Part shown: in pieces, positions 53,533-62,814 of the stretch
Numbering within the stretch: the stretch's first letter is position 1
Layout: each line of letters begins with the position of its first letter
Virus record (IMG/VR): IMGVR_UViG_3300032053_000002
Span: 124,001-188,000 of that record
Length of the DNA stretch: 64,000 bases
Direction: 5' to 3' (one strand)
The notes under the pieces: generated by a model
What the model saw: the letters and a program-made list of their open reading frames with translations, nothing else
Databases searched by the model: none
Told to the model about the DNA's origin: nothing
Made by a program: the position numbers and the translations under genes

Positions 53533-54836
53533 TGAGAAAATTCCTTAACTATTTTTTTAATATAATTTATTGTTTTTTTATTGTATTGCGGGGAACATCC
53601 AACAAAAAATACTCTTTTCAACACTTTATTTGCATTTTCATATTCTTTCCAATCGCCTAAATGTTTATATGCTGGATGAATTAAAATGTTTCCTGCAAAA
53701 TAATTTCTAGTTTGAATTCCGCTTTTTTCCAAATATTCGACCAATAAATATTTCATTTCTTCATTATCGCATATTAGCGGAACTCCAAACCAACAAACGT
53801 CCGATAGAGAAAGAACATCTACTCCCCGTAAACCGATTATATTCGATAAAAATATTTCTTCTATTTCATTTTTATATTTTATTCTTTTTTTATGTATTTC
53901 GCCAAATTTTTGTAGTTGAACCAACCCAATCGCGCCTTGTAAATCTAACGGTTTTAAATTATACCCAACATTGGTAAATATGTATTTGTGGTCGAGTATT
54001 CCATCGTGTTCAGGTATCCATTTATCAAATCTATGTTTGCAGGTTCCGCCGGGTAACAAATTTGCAGCTCCAACACAATAACAATCCCTTCCCCACCATG
54101 CCATACTTCTGGCGATTTTTATTATTTCCGAATTATTGGAACAAATCATTCCACCTTCTCCGGTTGTAATGTGGTGCGCGGGATAAAATGAAAATGAACT
54201 CGCAATCGCAAAATTATGCAAATACTCACCATTCCACTTTGTCCCTAAGCTATCACAACTATCTAATATTAATTCTATTTTATGTTCGTTTGATAAATTC
54301 ACTAAACAATCCATATCCGGCGGATTTCCGAGAACGGGAGATATGAATATTGCGCGTGTTCTTTCTGTTATTTTATTTTTTATTTCGGCGACATCAAAAT
54401 TAAGAGTGCCGAATTCAATATCCACGAAAACCGGTTTTAAATTGTTAAGCGTTATTGCAGATAATGTTGTCGGAAATCCAACTACTGATACTATAATCTC
54501 ATCCCCATCACTCCATTTTAAATATTTTTTTAACGCGGCTATCATCAACAAATTGGCCGAACTTCCAGAATTCACCATTACAGAACTTGTTATGCTAAAC
54601 ATTTTTGAAAAGGTTATTTCAAATTTGTGGACATATTCTCCTCCAGAAAACCATTTTCCGAAAATCAATGATTCCATTATTGCCAATATTTCTTTTTTAT
54701 CAAAATACGGACCGGAATAAAAAACTCTATTCTCAAATTTTTTATTGTTGTAAACAAACTTTGGAAATTGACCAAAACTTTTTGTCAGTTTATTTATTAT
54801 GCCATGAAGTTTTTTCTTATTTTTTTCCGTAATCAT
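53529..54836 (-). CDS. rfbH: CDP-4-keto-6-deoxyglucose 3-dehydratase E1 (RfbH/DdhC)
   Basis: SFYPAHHITTGEGG, WGRDCYC...C..RF Fe-S motif, DHKY...GYNLK. Confidence 0.9.
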   Translation of the reverse strand: MITEKNKKKLHGIINKLTKSFGQFPKFVYNNKKFENRVFYSGPYFDKKEILAIMESLIFGKWFSGGEYVHKFEITFSKMFSITSSVMVNSGSSANLLMIAALKKYLKWSDGDEIIVSVVGFPTTLSAITLNNLKPVFVDIEFGTLNFDVAEIKNKITERTRAIFISPVLGNPPDMDCLVNLSNEHKIELILDSCDSLGTKWNGEYLHNFAIASSFSFYPAHHITTGEGGMICSNNSEIIKIARSMAWWGRDCYCVGAANLLPGGTCKHRFDKWIPEHDGILDHKYIFTNVGYNLKPLDLQGAIGLVQLQKFGEIHKKRIKYKNEIEEIFLSNIIGLRGVDVLSLSDVCWFGVPLICDNEEMKYLLVEYLEKSGIQTRNYFAGNILIHPAYKHLGDWKEYENANKVLKRVFFVGCSPQYNKKTINYIKKIVKEFSQ

Positions 54837-54861
54837 GTTTCCTCATCTAAAGTTATTATTT

Positions 54862-55908
54862 TTATTCAGTACCAATTCCATCTAATTCTTTTAATAAATA
54901 ATAGAGATGTTCGGCTCTCTTTTCGGGTTTGTTCTGAGCTTCATATATTTCTTGAAAACGCGTATACATTTTTTTATGAATATCCTGCCATTTAGAAATC
55001 GCAAAATCGAGTTTTTCTTCTAAATTACTCCAGTCCCACTTAACGGAAATATAGGATTCGCCATCGACGTAAGGATTCGGTATGGTTTCAATATGGCTCA
55101 TATCATTTTTAATTAAAATGCTTCCAAACATTGAAGATTCTAAATCACGATGGGTTATTTCACCATAACCCAAAGGCCCAATAACCACTTTTGCGTTTGT
55201 CATTTTTTGATAATATTGGTCTAGTGGCAATCTAACTCCGTTAATCAATTTATTTATGCTATATTTTTTTTCTAATTTTTCTAACTTTTCTATCACCGGT
55301 CGACGAAGTTCATCATAATATTTTGATTGAAGTTCTTCATGTTCATAAACTTCTTTTCCCATTGGATATTGGAACATTGCTGAAATATCAACCGGTTTCG
55401 GATTATTTCTGAACGGCAAATTCCAATTAGGAATTGTGGTCGATAACCAATTAAATCCGGCGAGTTTCATTTTATGTTTCATATCATCTATATCCGGAAC
55501 CGAATATTTTCCTTCGCCCCAATATATTCTTCCAGTATTCCACCCCCTTTTATACAGATCAAAATCTTTAAGATACGTGGGTTTAAGAAATAGTCGGCAT
55601 CGTTTATCTTTATAGACGTGTCTAAAGACATCAACGGTTCCTATTAGTGTCGTGGCGTCTTGCCCATCAACGATTATGTAGTCGCCAGTAATGGAATCGA
55701 GTTTTTTCAACCCCATTTCTACCGACTCTTTTAATGATTTTTTCTTGTCGATAATAGACGCCTGTCCAACCATCGCGAAATCGTAAGAAGTCGCGTCGGT
55801 GATTAATTCTATCCCGAGTTGTTTAAGTAAATTTTTAATAAATAAATAAGGTCGATATGTACATTCGTTTCTATGAATATCTGGCTCAAATAACTTTATT
55901 TTAATCAT
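54862..55908 (-). CDS. Putative GT-B glycosyltransferase-like protein
   Basis: C-terminal GYGEI..RD.E...GSILIK...YISVKWDWSNL segment. Confidence 0.55.
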   Translation of the reverse strand: MIKIKLFEPDIHRNECTYRPYLFIKNLLKQLGIELITDATSYDFAMVGQASIIDKKKSLKESVEMGLKKLDSITGDYIIVDGQDATTLIGTVDVFRHVYKDKRCRLFLKPTYLKDFDLYKRGWNTGRIYWGEGKYSVPDIDDMKHKMKLAGFNWLSTTIPNWNLPFRNNPKPVDISAMFQYPMGKEVYEHEELQSKYYDELRRPVIEKLEKLEKKYSINKLINGVRLPLDQYYQKMTNAKVVIGPLGYGEITHRDLESSMFGSILIKNDMSHIETIPNPYVDGESYISVKWDWSNLEEKLDFAISKWQDIHKKMYTRFQEIYEAQNKPEKRAEHLYYLLKELDGIGTE

Positions 55909-55926
55909 TATTCAACCTTTTCAATT

Positions 55927-56895
55927 TCAATATGCCGCATTTTTCCACCAAGCTTCATTTTTAACATACCATCTAATCGTTTGTAATAAACCAACTTCAA
56001 ATTTCCATTTATGCGACCACCCTAACTTTTTCATCTTATCGTATTCTATCGAATACCTAAAGTCGTGACCTGGCCTATCATTCACAAACTCGATCATATC
56101 TTTTGGCTTATTCATATATTCTATAATTAAATTTGCTATTTTTATATTTGTGAATTCTTTTTCTCCACCGATGTTGTAAATATTTCCAGATTCGCCATAA
56201 TTTAATACATATTCTATAGCTCTACAGTTATCTAAAATGAAAATCCAATTTCTAATATTTTCGCCTTTTCCATATATCGGTATGGGTTTATCCTGAATTA
56301 AATTAGTGATTGCTAACGGAATAAATTTTTCTGGATGCTGATAATATCCATAATTATTTGAACTCCTAGTGATTACTACCGGAACACCATAAGTTCGATA
56401 ATATGATAATGCTAACAAATCTGCGGCAGCTTTCGATGCGGCATAAGGATTCCCCGGTTTCAACATTGATTCTTCCGTAAAAGAACCGCTATGAATTTCC
56501 CCGTACACTTCGTCCGTGGATATTTGAATGAACTTTTCTATTTTATATTTTTTCGCCGCTTCCAGTAGGACATACGTTCCAAATAAATTAGTATCCAAAA
56601 ACTGTTTCGCGGAATCTATGGAGCGGTCAACGTGAGTCTCCGCGGCGAAATTTATTATAACATCAACATTTCTCATTAAATTATTAACTACATTTTCGTT
56701 ACAGATGTTCCCGCAATAAAACATAATATTTTTATCGTTTATTATACCGTCTATATTTTTTATATTGCTAGCATAAGTCATTGCATCCAATATTATTATT
56801 TCCTGGTTGTTTTTATCCTGACCATTTTTATTGTGCAAGTATCTGACAAAATTGCTACCAATAAAACCCGCTCCGCCGGTCACCAATATTTTCAT
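55927..56895 (-). CDS. rfbB: dTDP-glucose 4,6-dehydratase
   Basis: TGGAGFIGSN, FAAETHVDRSI, ISTDEVYG, PYAASKA, NNYG.YQHPEK.IP. Confidence 0.95.
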   Translation of the reverse strand: MKILVTGGAGFIGSNFVRYLHNKNGQDKNNQEIIILDAMTYASNIKNIDGIINDKNIMFYCGNICNENVVNNLMRNVDVIINFAAETHVDRSIDSAKQFLDTNLFGTYVLLEAAKKYKIEKFIQISTDEVYGEIHSGSFTEESMLKPGNPYAASKAAADLLALSYYRTYGVPVVITRSSNNYGYYQHPEKFIPLAITNLIQDKPIPIYGKGENIRNWIFILDNCRAIEYVLNYGESGNIYNIGGEKEFTNIKIANLIIEYMNKPKDMIEFVNDRPGHDFRYSIEYDKMKKLGWSHKWKFEVGLLQTIRWYVKNEAWWKNAAY

Positions 56896-56896
56896 T

Positions 56897-57097
56897 TTAT
56901 TTCCCGTTATTTATTATCGTATCTTTAATTATTTTCGCGCAACTAGAACACAAATCATATTTATCCGTTTTACGTCCACTTGGAGTTAAATAAGATTCGT
57001 ATGTAAACGTTCCCGCCAACTCTCTCGATATGTCGTTTGAAAGATAACCTCGTTCAATTATTTCTTTTTTACACATATCACAATAATGTTTTATCAT
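56897..57097 (-). CDS. Small zinc-binding protein
   Basis: CDMC...CSSC. Confidence 0.65.
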   Translation of the reverse strand: MIKHYCDMCKKEIIERGYLSNDISRELAGTFTYESYLTPSGRKTDKYDLCSSCAKIIKDTIINNGK

Positions 57098-58041
57098 TTT
57101 ATCTCCTCAAATCTTTTTTTTACCGCATCATATGAATATATTTCATTTACTTTACTCCAAGCATATTGAATAGCATTTATTCTTTTATTTATATCTTCAA
57201 AATATTCTGCAAACATATTTTCTAATATTCTTTTGTCGTTTGTCGCAGTATCAGGCCATAAAAACTGATGTGAGTCGTTTATCCCTCCTATGTGAACCAC
57301 TCCCAATGCAGAACATTGCATAGCTTGTTGCCCCGGATATTGTGGAGTAGGATCTAAATTAAAGTGAAATGTGCATGGAGTCCACAACTTTAAAAAATCC
57401 TCCCACTGTGTTTTACTGTTTTGTGTGTGCTCTCTGATAAATGGAACTTTGTATTTTAAACTGATGTATTCCGTAAATTTTAATGTCTCCCCCCATCGAG
57501 ATTGATTATGAACCGGAAAATATGAAAAGATTTTTTCAACCCTATTTTCTTTATAAAAATGGTCGTATAAATACTCAACATGAACAGGTTGCGGTAAAAA
57601 GACTATTTCTTTCTCGCAATATTTTAATTCTGGAAACAAATCAATTTTACTTACCGGAATGATAACTTTGTCGCATTTATTATAAACGGAAATTCTTTCT
57701 GAAAATGTTTGACCCCAATTCCATGTTTCCTTTAATGCGGCAAATAACTTTGCATTTGGGTATTTCCTTCGCAAATCACAAATTTTATATTTATTAAAAT
57801 CTCTTTCAATTATGATAAAAATGACATCCAAATCTAAATTTGGAAGACTTTCCCATTCGCTCCAATTTATAAAACACCCGCCAAATACAAATGGATAACC
57901 CCAAAATCCAATAAAAGATTCATTTCCGACGGAATGATGAAATTTGTACGGAACTTCTGGAAATTTCATTTTGTATGCTTTTTGATTTCTTATAATATAT
58001 GATTCTACTTTACAGTGATCTACAATCAACGCAAAATTCAT
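57094..58041 (-). CDS. Putative GT-B glycosyltransferase-like protein
   Basis: FLPQPV, PGQQAMQCSALG; island context. Confidence 0.4.
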   Translation of the reverse strand: MNFALIVDHCKVESYIIRNQKAYKMKFPEVPYKFHHSVGNESFIGFWGYPFVFGGCFINWSEWESLPNLDLDVIFIIIERDFNKYKICDLRRKYPNAKLFAALKETWNWGQTFSERISVYNKCDKVIIPVSKIDLFPELKYCEKEIVFLPQPVHVEYLYDHFYKENRVEKIFSYFPVHNQSRWGETLKFTEYISLKYKVPFIREHTQNSKTQWEDFLKLWTPCTFHFNLDPTPQYPGQQAMQCSALGVVHIGGINDSHQFLWPDTATNDKRILENMFAEYFEDINKRINAIQYAWSKVNEIYSYDAVKKRFEEIK

Positions 58042-58682
58042 TTGGCTTCCAATATTTTACTATATTTTTGGTTTTGTTCTATTTGTCGCCAGAGAGTTTT
58101 AACGTGTTTTATGGCGACATATTCGGTCATATCCATTTCAAACGGCAAAAATGCGTGATTTTTGTATCCGGTAAGTCTTTCGTGCACTTTATTTATCCAG
58201 CATATTCGCGGATAATCTTTTTTAAAAACCCGCTGTTGCGGATCCGGCCAGTTTACCCAACCTTTTTCGTTTACGCGAAACCCAAATCTTTGCGCCCATT
58301 CTGGCGTAAGTCCCTCAACAATGTTAACGCGCGGAAGCCACAGACATTCAGCTTTGTTTTGTTCGATGATAAGATGTATATTTTCTAAGAGATAATCAGG
58401 AAAAATCTCGTCCGCATCTGGATTTAATATGTAGTCGCCAACGCATTTTTCTATCATAAAGTTTTTTTGAGCCGCATAATCATTATTGAGATGTCGTTGA
58501 TAAACTTTAACTCCCCTTTCTGCCTGATGATAACCGAGAATCCCCGCCGTTCCCTGATTATCAGAATAATCATCTATGATCACAACCTCATATTCATAGT
58601 CGCGATGTTTTAATAGGGAATCTAATAGTTTTTGTAAACTATCCGTTTCGTTATGAACGAGTATGCCAAATGATATTCTCAT
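58038..58682 (-). CDS. GT2-family glycosyltransferase
   Basis: ISFGILVHNE, IDDYSD, QKN, DADE, VHE. Confidence 0.85.
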   Translation of the reverse strand: MRISFGILVHNETDSLQKLLDSLLKHRDYEYEVVIIDDYSDNQGTAGILGYHQAERGVKVYQRHLNNDYAAQKNFMIEKCVGDYILNPDADEIFPDYLLENIHLIIEQNKAECLWLPRVNIVEGLTPEWAQRFGFRVNEKGWVNWPDPQQRVFKKDYPRICWINKVHERLTGYKNHAFLPFEMDMTEYVAIKHVKTLWRQIEQNQKYSKILEAK

Positions 58683-58981
58683 AATGTATATTGTAATAAG
58701 TTTATCGGTTTCACTGTGATTTCATTAGTATTGTCGTTATATGATTTTAGCAAAAAGTTTCCTGCCCATAGACTGTTATCCTTCCCATAAAAATATAATG
58801 GTATATAGTTATTTTTATGATCTATTCTATTTTTTATGGATGTTGGGATCAGTTTTTTAAGTTTGACGGTGACTTCATTCCATTCAATGCGGTCGTGTGA
58901 ATGTTTTGGGTCAAAAATAAAATCTGTTTCAACCATCCCAAGTTGATAATCAAACTCATATGGAAACATATAATATTCCAT
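58679..58981 (-). CDS. Hypothetical protein
   Basis: 100-aa ORF in tiled operon. Confidence 0.6.
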   Translation of the reverse strand: MEYYMFPYEFDYQLGMVETDFIFDPKHSHDRIEWNEVTVKLKKLIPTSIKNRIDHKNNYIPLYFYGKDNSLWAGNFLLKSYNDNTNEITVKPINLLQYTL

Positions 58982-59000
58982 TATTTACCTCTTTTTATAT

Positions 59001-59207
59001 TTATTTTTCCTTTACTACAGGTTTCGCCATTGGCTGCGACATGACCCAGTTCATAATTTTATCCACGTCCAACTTCTTATTTTTTTCTTCTTTGTAATAA
59101 TCTAGCCAGGCTCTCATCCACGCAAACTTATCTTCGTTTCTTCCGCGGCGCAACATTTCGTCAAATAACTCGCCATCGTTAAATAATTTTAATAGTTTTT
59201 CTTTCAT
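59001..59207 (-). CDS. Hypothetical protein
   Basis: 68-aa ORF, AAGGAG RBS. Confidence 0.65.
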   Translation of the reverse strand: MKEKLLKLFNDGELFDEMLRRGRNEDKFAWMRAWLDYYKEEKNKKLDVDKIMNWVMSQPMAKPVVKEK

Positions 59208-59224
59208 GGTAAACTCCTTTTATT

Positions 59225-59416
59225 TTATTGTTCTCTAAATTCTACGGTGGTTGTTTTTTTAACTTTTCCGATATTAACTAATTGATATACCGCGACATCA
59301 ACACCATCATCGTAACCATCAACATCATTGTCAGCGATATAATAATCACTATCATTCGCATCACTACCTCTCATAACATACAATTCGTTTGGAAATTCTA
59401 CTTTTTTGTTTTTCAT
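59225..59416 (-). CDS. Hypothetical protein
   Basis: 63-aa ORF. Confidence 0.65.
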   Translation of the reverse strand: MKNKKVEFPNELYVMRGSDANDSDYYIADNDVDGYDDGVDVAVYQLVNIGKVKKTTTVEFREQ

Positions 59417-59434
59417 AACTCGTTTTCCTTTTTT

Positions 59435-59929
59435 TTAAGTTTTTGATTTTAAGTCGTTAGGCATATTTTCGTCCAACCCAGAATAGAAATCTTTATAGTG
59501 ATAATATATCAGGCGAAGATTTGTTATACCGCTTACTTTATATGTTCTATAAGGCGAATCGCCTTCACTGAAATGTAATCTAATAAATGGTTTTAATTCG
59601 TTGTCGTAAAACCTTCGTGGGTCTTGTATAGTTGCTTTCAATAAAGGAAGTCGCAAATGCAATAACTTCTGCAATCTTTCTGTTTTGGTCTCTTTAATTA
59701 TGTCGTGTAGTTTAATCAATACTCTATCACTAACATAATCTAACACTACCCCATGTAAATAACTTCTCCAGTCCGGATTTAATATTAAAACAAGCGGGCG
59801 TTTTATATGAGATCTGTCGCCAGAATAGTTAAACCGAACAATCTGCCCGGCCTCCAATTTCGTTCTCAGAACAACATTTTCAGAAAGTATGTTTCGCTGG
59901 TGGAATCCTGTCCAAACCTTATTAGGCAT
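59435..59929 (-). CDS. Hypothetical protein, possibly T4 gp2-like DNA end protector
   Basis: GQIVRFNY...RPLVL...HGVVLDY resembles the gp2 F.Y...PL...G.NLHY core; start set at MPNKV behind AAGGAG. Confidence 0.35.
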   Translation of the reverse strand: MPNKVWTGFHQRNILSENVVLRTKLEAGQIVRFNYSGDRSHIKRPLVLILNPDWRSYLHGVVLDYVSDRVLIKLHDIIKETKTERLQKLLHLRLPLLKATIQDPRRFYDNELKPFIRLHFSEGDSPYRTYKVSGITNLRLIYYHYKDFYSGLDENMPNDLKSKT

Positions 59930-59939
59930 TTTTGTCTCC

Positions 59940-60461
59940 TTATTGTGTTTCGTTTGGTTTTTTCGACATAAAATCTTCTTCGGGCAAAATCGCGCCCATT
60001 TCGATAAGAGCATCGTAGAATCTCGTGAATCTTTTAGCGCTGTTAGGATTTATTCTATTTTCATAATATTTATTTTTACTGTTTGGAATTGGAAAGTTGA
60101 TTCTTTCATTCTCCGGTATAATTTCTATCGGCGCGTATACCCATATTATATTCGTCTTAGTTCCTTCTGGAAAAAGTATTCCTTTGGACGGCATATTGAT
60201 AACGGTCGGGATCCACCAAATAAATCTAATGTTGTCGTATTCTCGAAAACCGATTATCAATTTTGGCGATGTATTTATTACCTGCCGAAATTCTTTAGAA
60301 TTTTTCTTCCAGGTCGAGTTTGAAGTGTATCCGCAATTTATACATAACCAGGTTTTAATTTTATCAAAGTCTTCTTCTAGTGCGGAATACTTATTACATA
60401 CCGGACAATAATCCGTTTTTCCTGACAACGGAATAAAGTTATTACTTCTGTCATTTTCCAC
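59940..60461 (-). CDS. Hypothetical protein with N-terminal zinc ribbon
   Basis: CPVC...CINCGY. Confidence 0.7.
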   Translation of the reverse strand: MENDRSNNFIPLSGKTDYCPVCNKYSALEEDFDKIKTWLCINCGYTSNSTWKKNSKEFRQVINTSPKLIIGFREYDNIRFIWWIPTVINMPSKGILFPEGTKTNIIWVYAPIEIIPENERINFPIPNSKNKYYENRINPNSAKRFTRFYDALIEMGAILPEEDFMSKKPNETQ

Positions 60462-60636
60462 CCGAATCTCCTTCTCGTTTTTTTAATATTATAGACATAT
60501 AAATTCTTTCCAATTTTTTGTAAGGCAAGTTCGCTAAAGTTTCCCCATATTTCTCTAACTCGCCGTCAAAATATTTTTTTCGTATTTCAATTAATTCGGT
60601 GAACATTTTTATTCTATCTGTTTCATTCGTTTCCAT
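60451..60636 (-). CDS. Hypothetical protein
   Basis: 61-aa ORF overlapping both neighbours. Confidence 0.55.
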   Translation of the reverse strand: METNETDRIKMFTELIEIRKKYFDGELEKYGETLANLPYKKLERIYMSIILKKREGDSGGK

Positions 60637-62134
60637 TATTTTTCTCCAATGCGGGTTCCCCCATTTTATCAGGTTCTTCCATTCTAGGAAGACTTATTTT
60701 CATTGTGTCTTCTTTCGCCGCCTCATTACTTCCCGCCGCAGGTTCTTCTGCATTTAATCTTTTCAATTTAGGCAAAATAATGTTTTTTTGCAGGTCTGGC
60801 GAAGATATATCTTCTATACCGCTTATTTTTCTAAGTTTTGGTAAATTAGGTAAACTGATAGATACTTCACTCGGAAATTCTGGTAAATACTTGTTTAATA
60901 TTTCTTCAAATTTTTTCTTCATTTTTTCTCTTGTAAATCTGGCTTCATTTATCGCTCCCAACTTTTTAGCGTTTAATTCATATTTTTGATAATTTCTATG
61001 CACATCTTTCATCGCAGCGATTGCGTAACCATAATTTACAGTAAACCATTTTGATTCTTTAACTATGACCCCTTCCCATACCGCCGATTTGTGTACATCC
61101 GTTATTTGTCCTGGAAGTAATACTGATAAATCCTTATTGAGAAAATCCATTTGCCCAGACCAACCACTCGCTATAATAGGTTTCCCGCTTATAGATGCTT
61201 CTAGTAAAGGTCTTCCAAATCCTTCCCCCTTAGTAAAAGAAATATGAACTTTTACTTTTGGATGATTATACAGAGCATTCATTTCCTCGTCAGTTAATTC
61301 TCCATGTAATAGATATATCGGTGGGTGAGTATTGACATCAGTTCCTATTGATGACTTTATAGAATTTATTTTCATCGTAAGTTCTTCTCTATCCATAACA
61401 GAAAATCCCGCTCCGCTCGTTTTTAGAATCAACCCGGGAGGATTTTTTTCATCTTTAAAAGCGTCTATAAAAGTTTTTAATAGCATACCAACATCTTTTC
61501 TATCCTGACCGATGTCGCCTTTTAGCCAGTGTCCAACAAATAGAAAATTAAAAGTGGTATGAATTTCTTTCATTTTATCCGCAATCGGCTTTGGATATTC
61601 GTCGATTTTCGATAGGCGACGATATATTTTCGAGTTAAATCCTTCAAATAAAACTTCTATTGGTTTTTCGCATTTTAGTTGTTTGACTGGTTGGTTGTTT
61701 TGATCTCGTTGAGTCCAAACCGTAGTAGTAAAAACATTTTTAGCGTGTTCGGACGGGACAATGTTCAAATCCATTCGATTCAATCCCATAATCCAATCCG
61801 CCGAACACATTGTCGTTTCTATTCCGGCCGTTATTCCTATATTAAATTTTGCAATAGTTTGATATTCATTCGGCACTACTAAATGAACGTGAATGTCGGG
61901 AGTTTTATTTAATGGTTGATTCATATTTATTAACCGTTGAATAATTGGAATGTGATCCGGATTGTCGATCTTTAATGCGTTTCTTGGGGTGCTTCCCCAG
62001 CGAACATCTCCGATTTTTATATCAAACCTATCCATCTCAATTAATGCGTTCGCAATATCTACGGCATGGCTACCATAACCACTGCGAGTTCCAACTGGCG
62101 CGGTCATTATCAAAAAAGGTTTGCTTTTGCCCAT
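60623..62134 (-). CDS. GT4-like (GT-B) glycosyltransferase
   Basis: GYGSHA, FLFVGHW, TKGEGFGRPLLEAS..GKPIIAS. Confidence 0.85.
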   Translation of the reverse strand: MGKSKPFLIMTAPVGTRSGYGSHAVDIANALIEMDRFDIKIGDVRWGSTPRNALKIDNPDHIPIIQRLINMNQPLNKTPDIHVHLVVPNEYQTIAKFNIGITAGIETTMCSADWIMGLNRMDLNIVPSEHAKNVFTTTVWTQRDQNNQPVKQLKCEKPIEVLFEGFNSKIYRRLSKIDEYPKPIADKMKEIHTTFNFLFVGHWLKGDIGQDRKDVGMLLKTFIDAFKDEKNPPGLILKTSGAGFSVMDREELTMKINSIKSSIGTDVNTHPPIYLLHGELTDEEMNALYNHPKVKVHISFTKGEGFGRPLLEASISGKPIIASGWSGQMDFLNKDLSVLLPGQITDVHKSAVWEGVIVKESKWFTVNYGYAIAAMKDVHRNYQKYELNAKKLGAINEARFTREKMKKKFEEILNKYLPEFPSEVSISLPNLPKLRKISGIEDISSPDLQKNIILPKLKRLNAEEPAAGSNEAAKEDTMKISLPRMEEPDKMGEPALEKNNGNE

Positions 62135-62137
62135 AAT

Positions 62138-62344
62138 TTATTTCCTCATAAGTTTTAATTCATTCAATAATTGTTTTTGTTTTGCCTTCCCACCCGATAT
62201 TTCTCTTTTCAGATAAATCCAATGGTCATCCTTAAACATAACTTCCCAACCGTTCAACCCGGCCGCATTTAATCTAATTATCAAATCCTCCGGTTCAATA
62301 ACGCTGGCAATAATATCTATTTTTTTATACTCAAACTCCTTCAT
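62138..62344 (-). CDS. DUF4177-like small protein
   Basis: FEYK...LNAAG.NGWE...YLKRE. Confidence 0.55.
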   Translation of the reverse strand: MKEFEYKKIDIIASVIEPEDLIIRLNAAGLNGWEVMFKDDHWIYLKREISGGKAKQKQLLNELKLMRK

Positions 62345-62814
62345 TTTTTCAACCCCCTTTTTGCTGAAAGTTTCCCGTTCCCTTCAATGAAATCTTTATT
62401 CCATAATGAAGGATTTTTTCTTATTTTAAATTTTTCGCCCGTTTTGGTATCTTTTATGACAATGTTTTCCGGTTCCGTTTTTTCAACTGCCGCGATTGCT
62501 TTTTTTACCACATCATCTTTTACTCCATAACGCAACCGTAAAAGATTTTTAACGTTACGAAAAAAATTCTTGATTTTAGTTTTTAGTGAAGGTTTGAGCA
62601 TTTCAATTTCAAGATCATTTGGTGTATTTTTCTTCCTCTTCAAAGAACTTGCTGATGCGGGTTTTGATGCGGATATGAACCCGGTTCCCCATTTTTCATC
62701 AATATCAAAAATTTCAAAATTCGAATCGAGAGATTCTAGCGCCGATTTCTTTTTCGGTCGCGGTTTTGTTTGTGTGCTAATTTTCTTTTTGGTACTCATT
62801 TTGTTTCCTCCCAT
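62341..62814 (-). CDS. Hypothetical basic protein
   Basis: 157-aa ORF; start probably MSTKK. Confidence 0.6.
   Translation of the reverse strand: MGGNKMSTKKKISTQTKPRPKKKSALESLDSNFEIFDIDEKWGTGFISASKPASASSLKRKKNTPNDLEIEMLKPSLKTKIKNFFRNVKNLLRLRYGVKDDVVKKAIAAVEKTEPENIVIKDTKTGEKFKIRKNPSLWNKDFIEGNGKLSAKRGLKK

Noticed and set aside
20905-58682. Ordinary bacterial O-antigen or capsule locus
   Set aside because: No flippase, polymerase, transporter or initiating transferase; it is interspersed with phage-type hypothetical genes and a free-standing homing endonuclease
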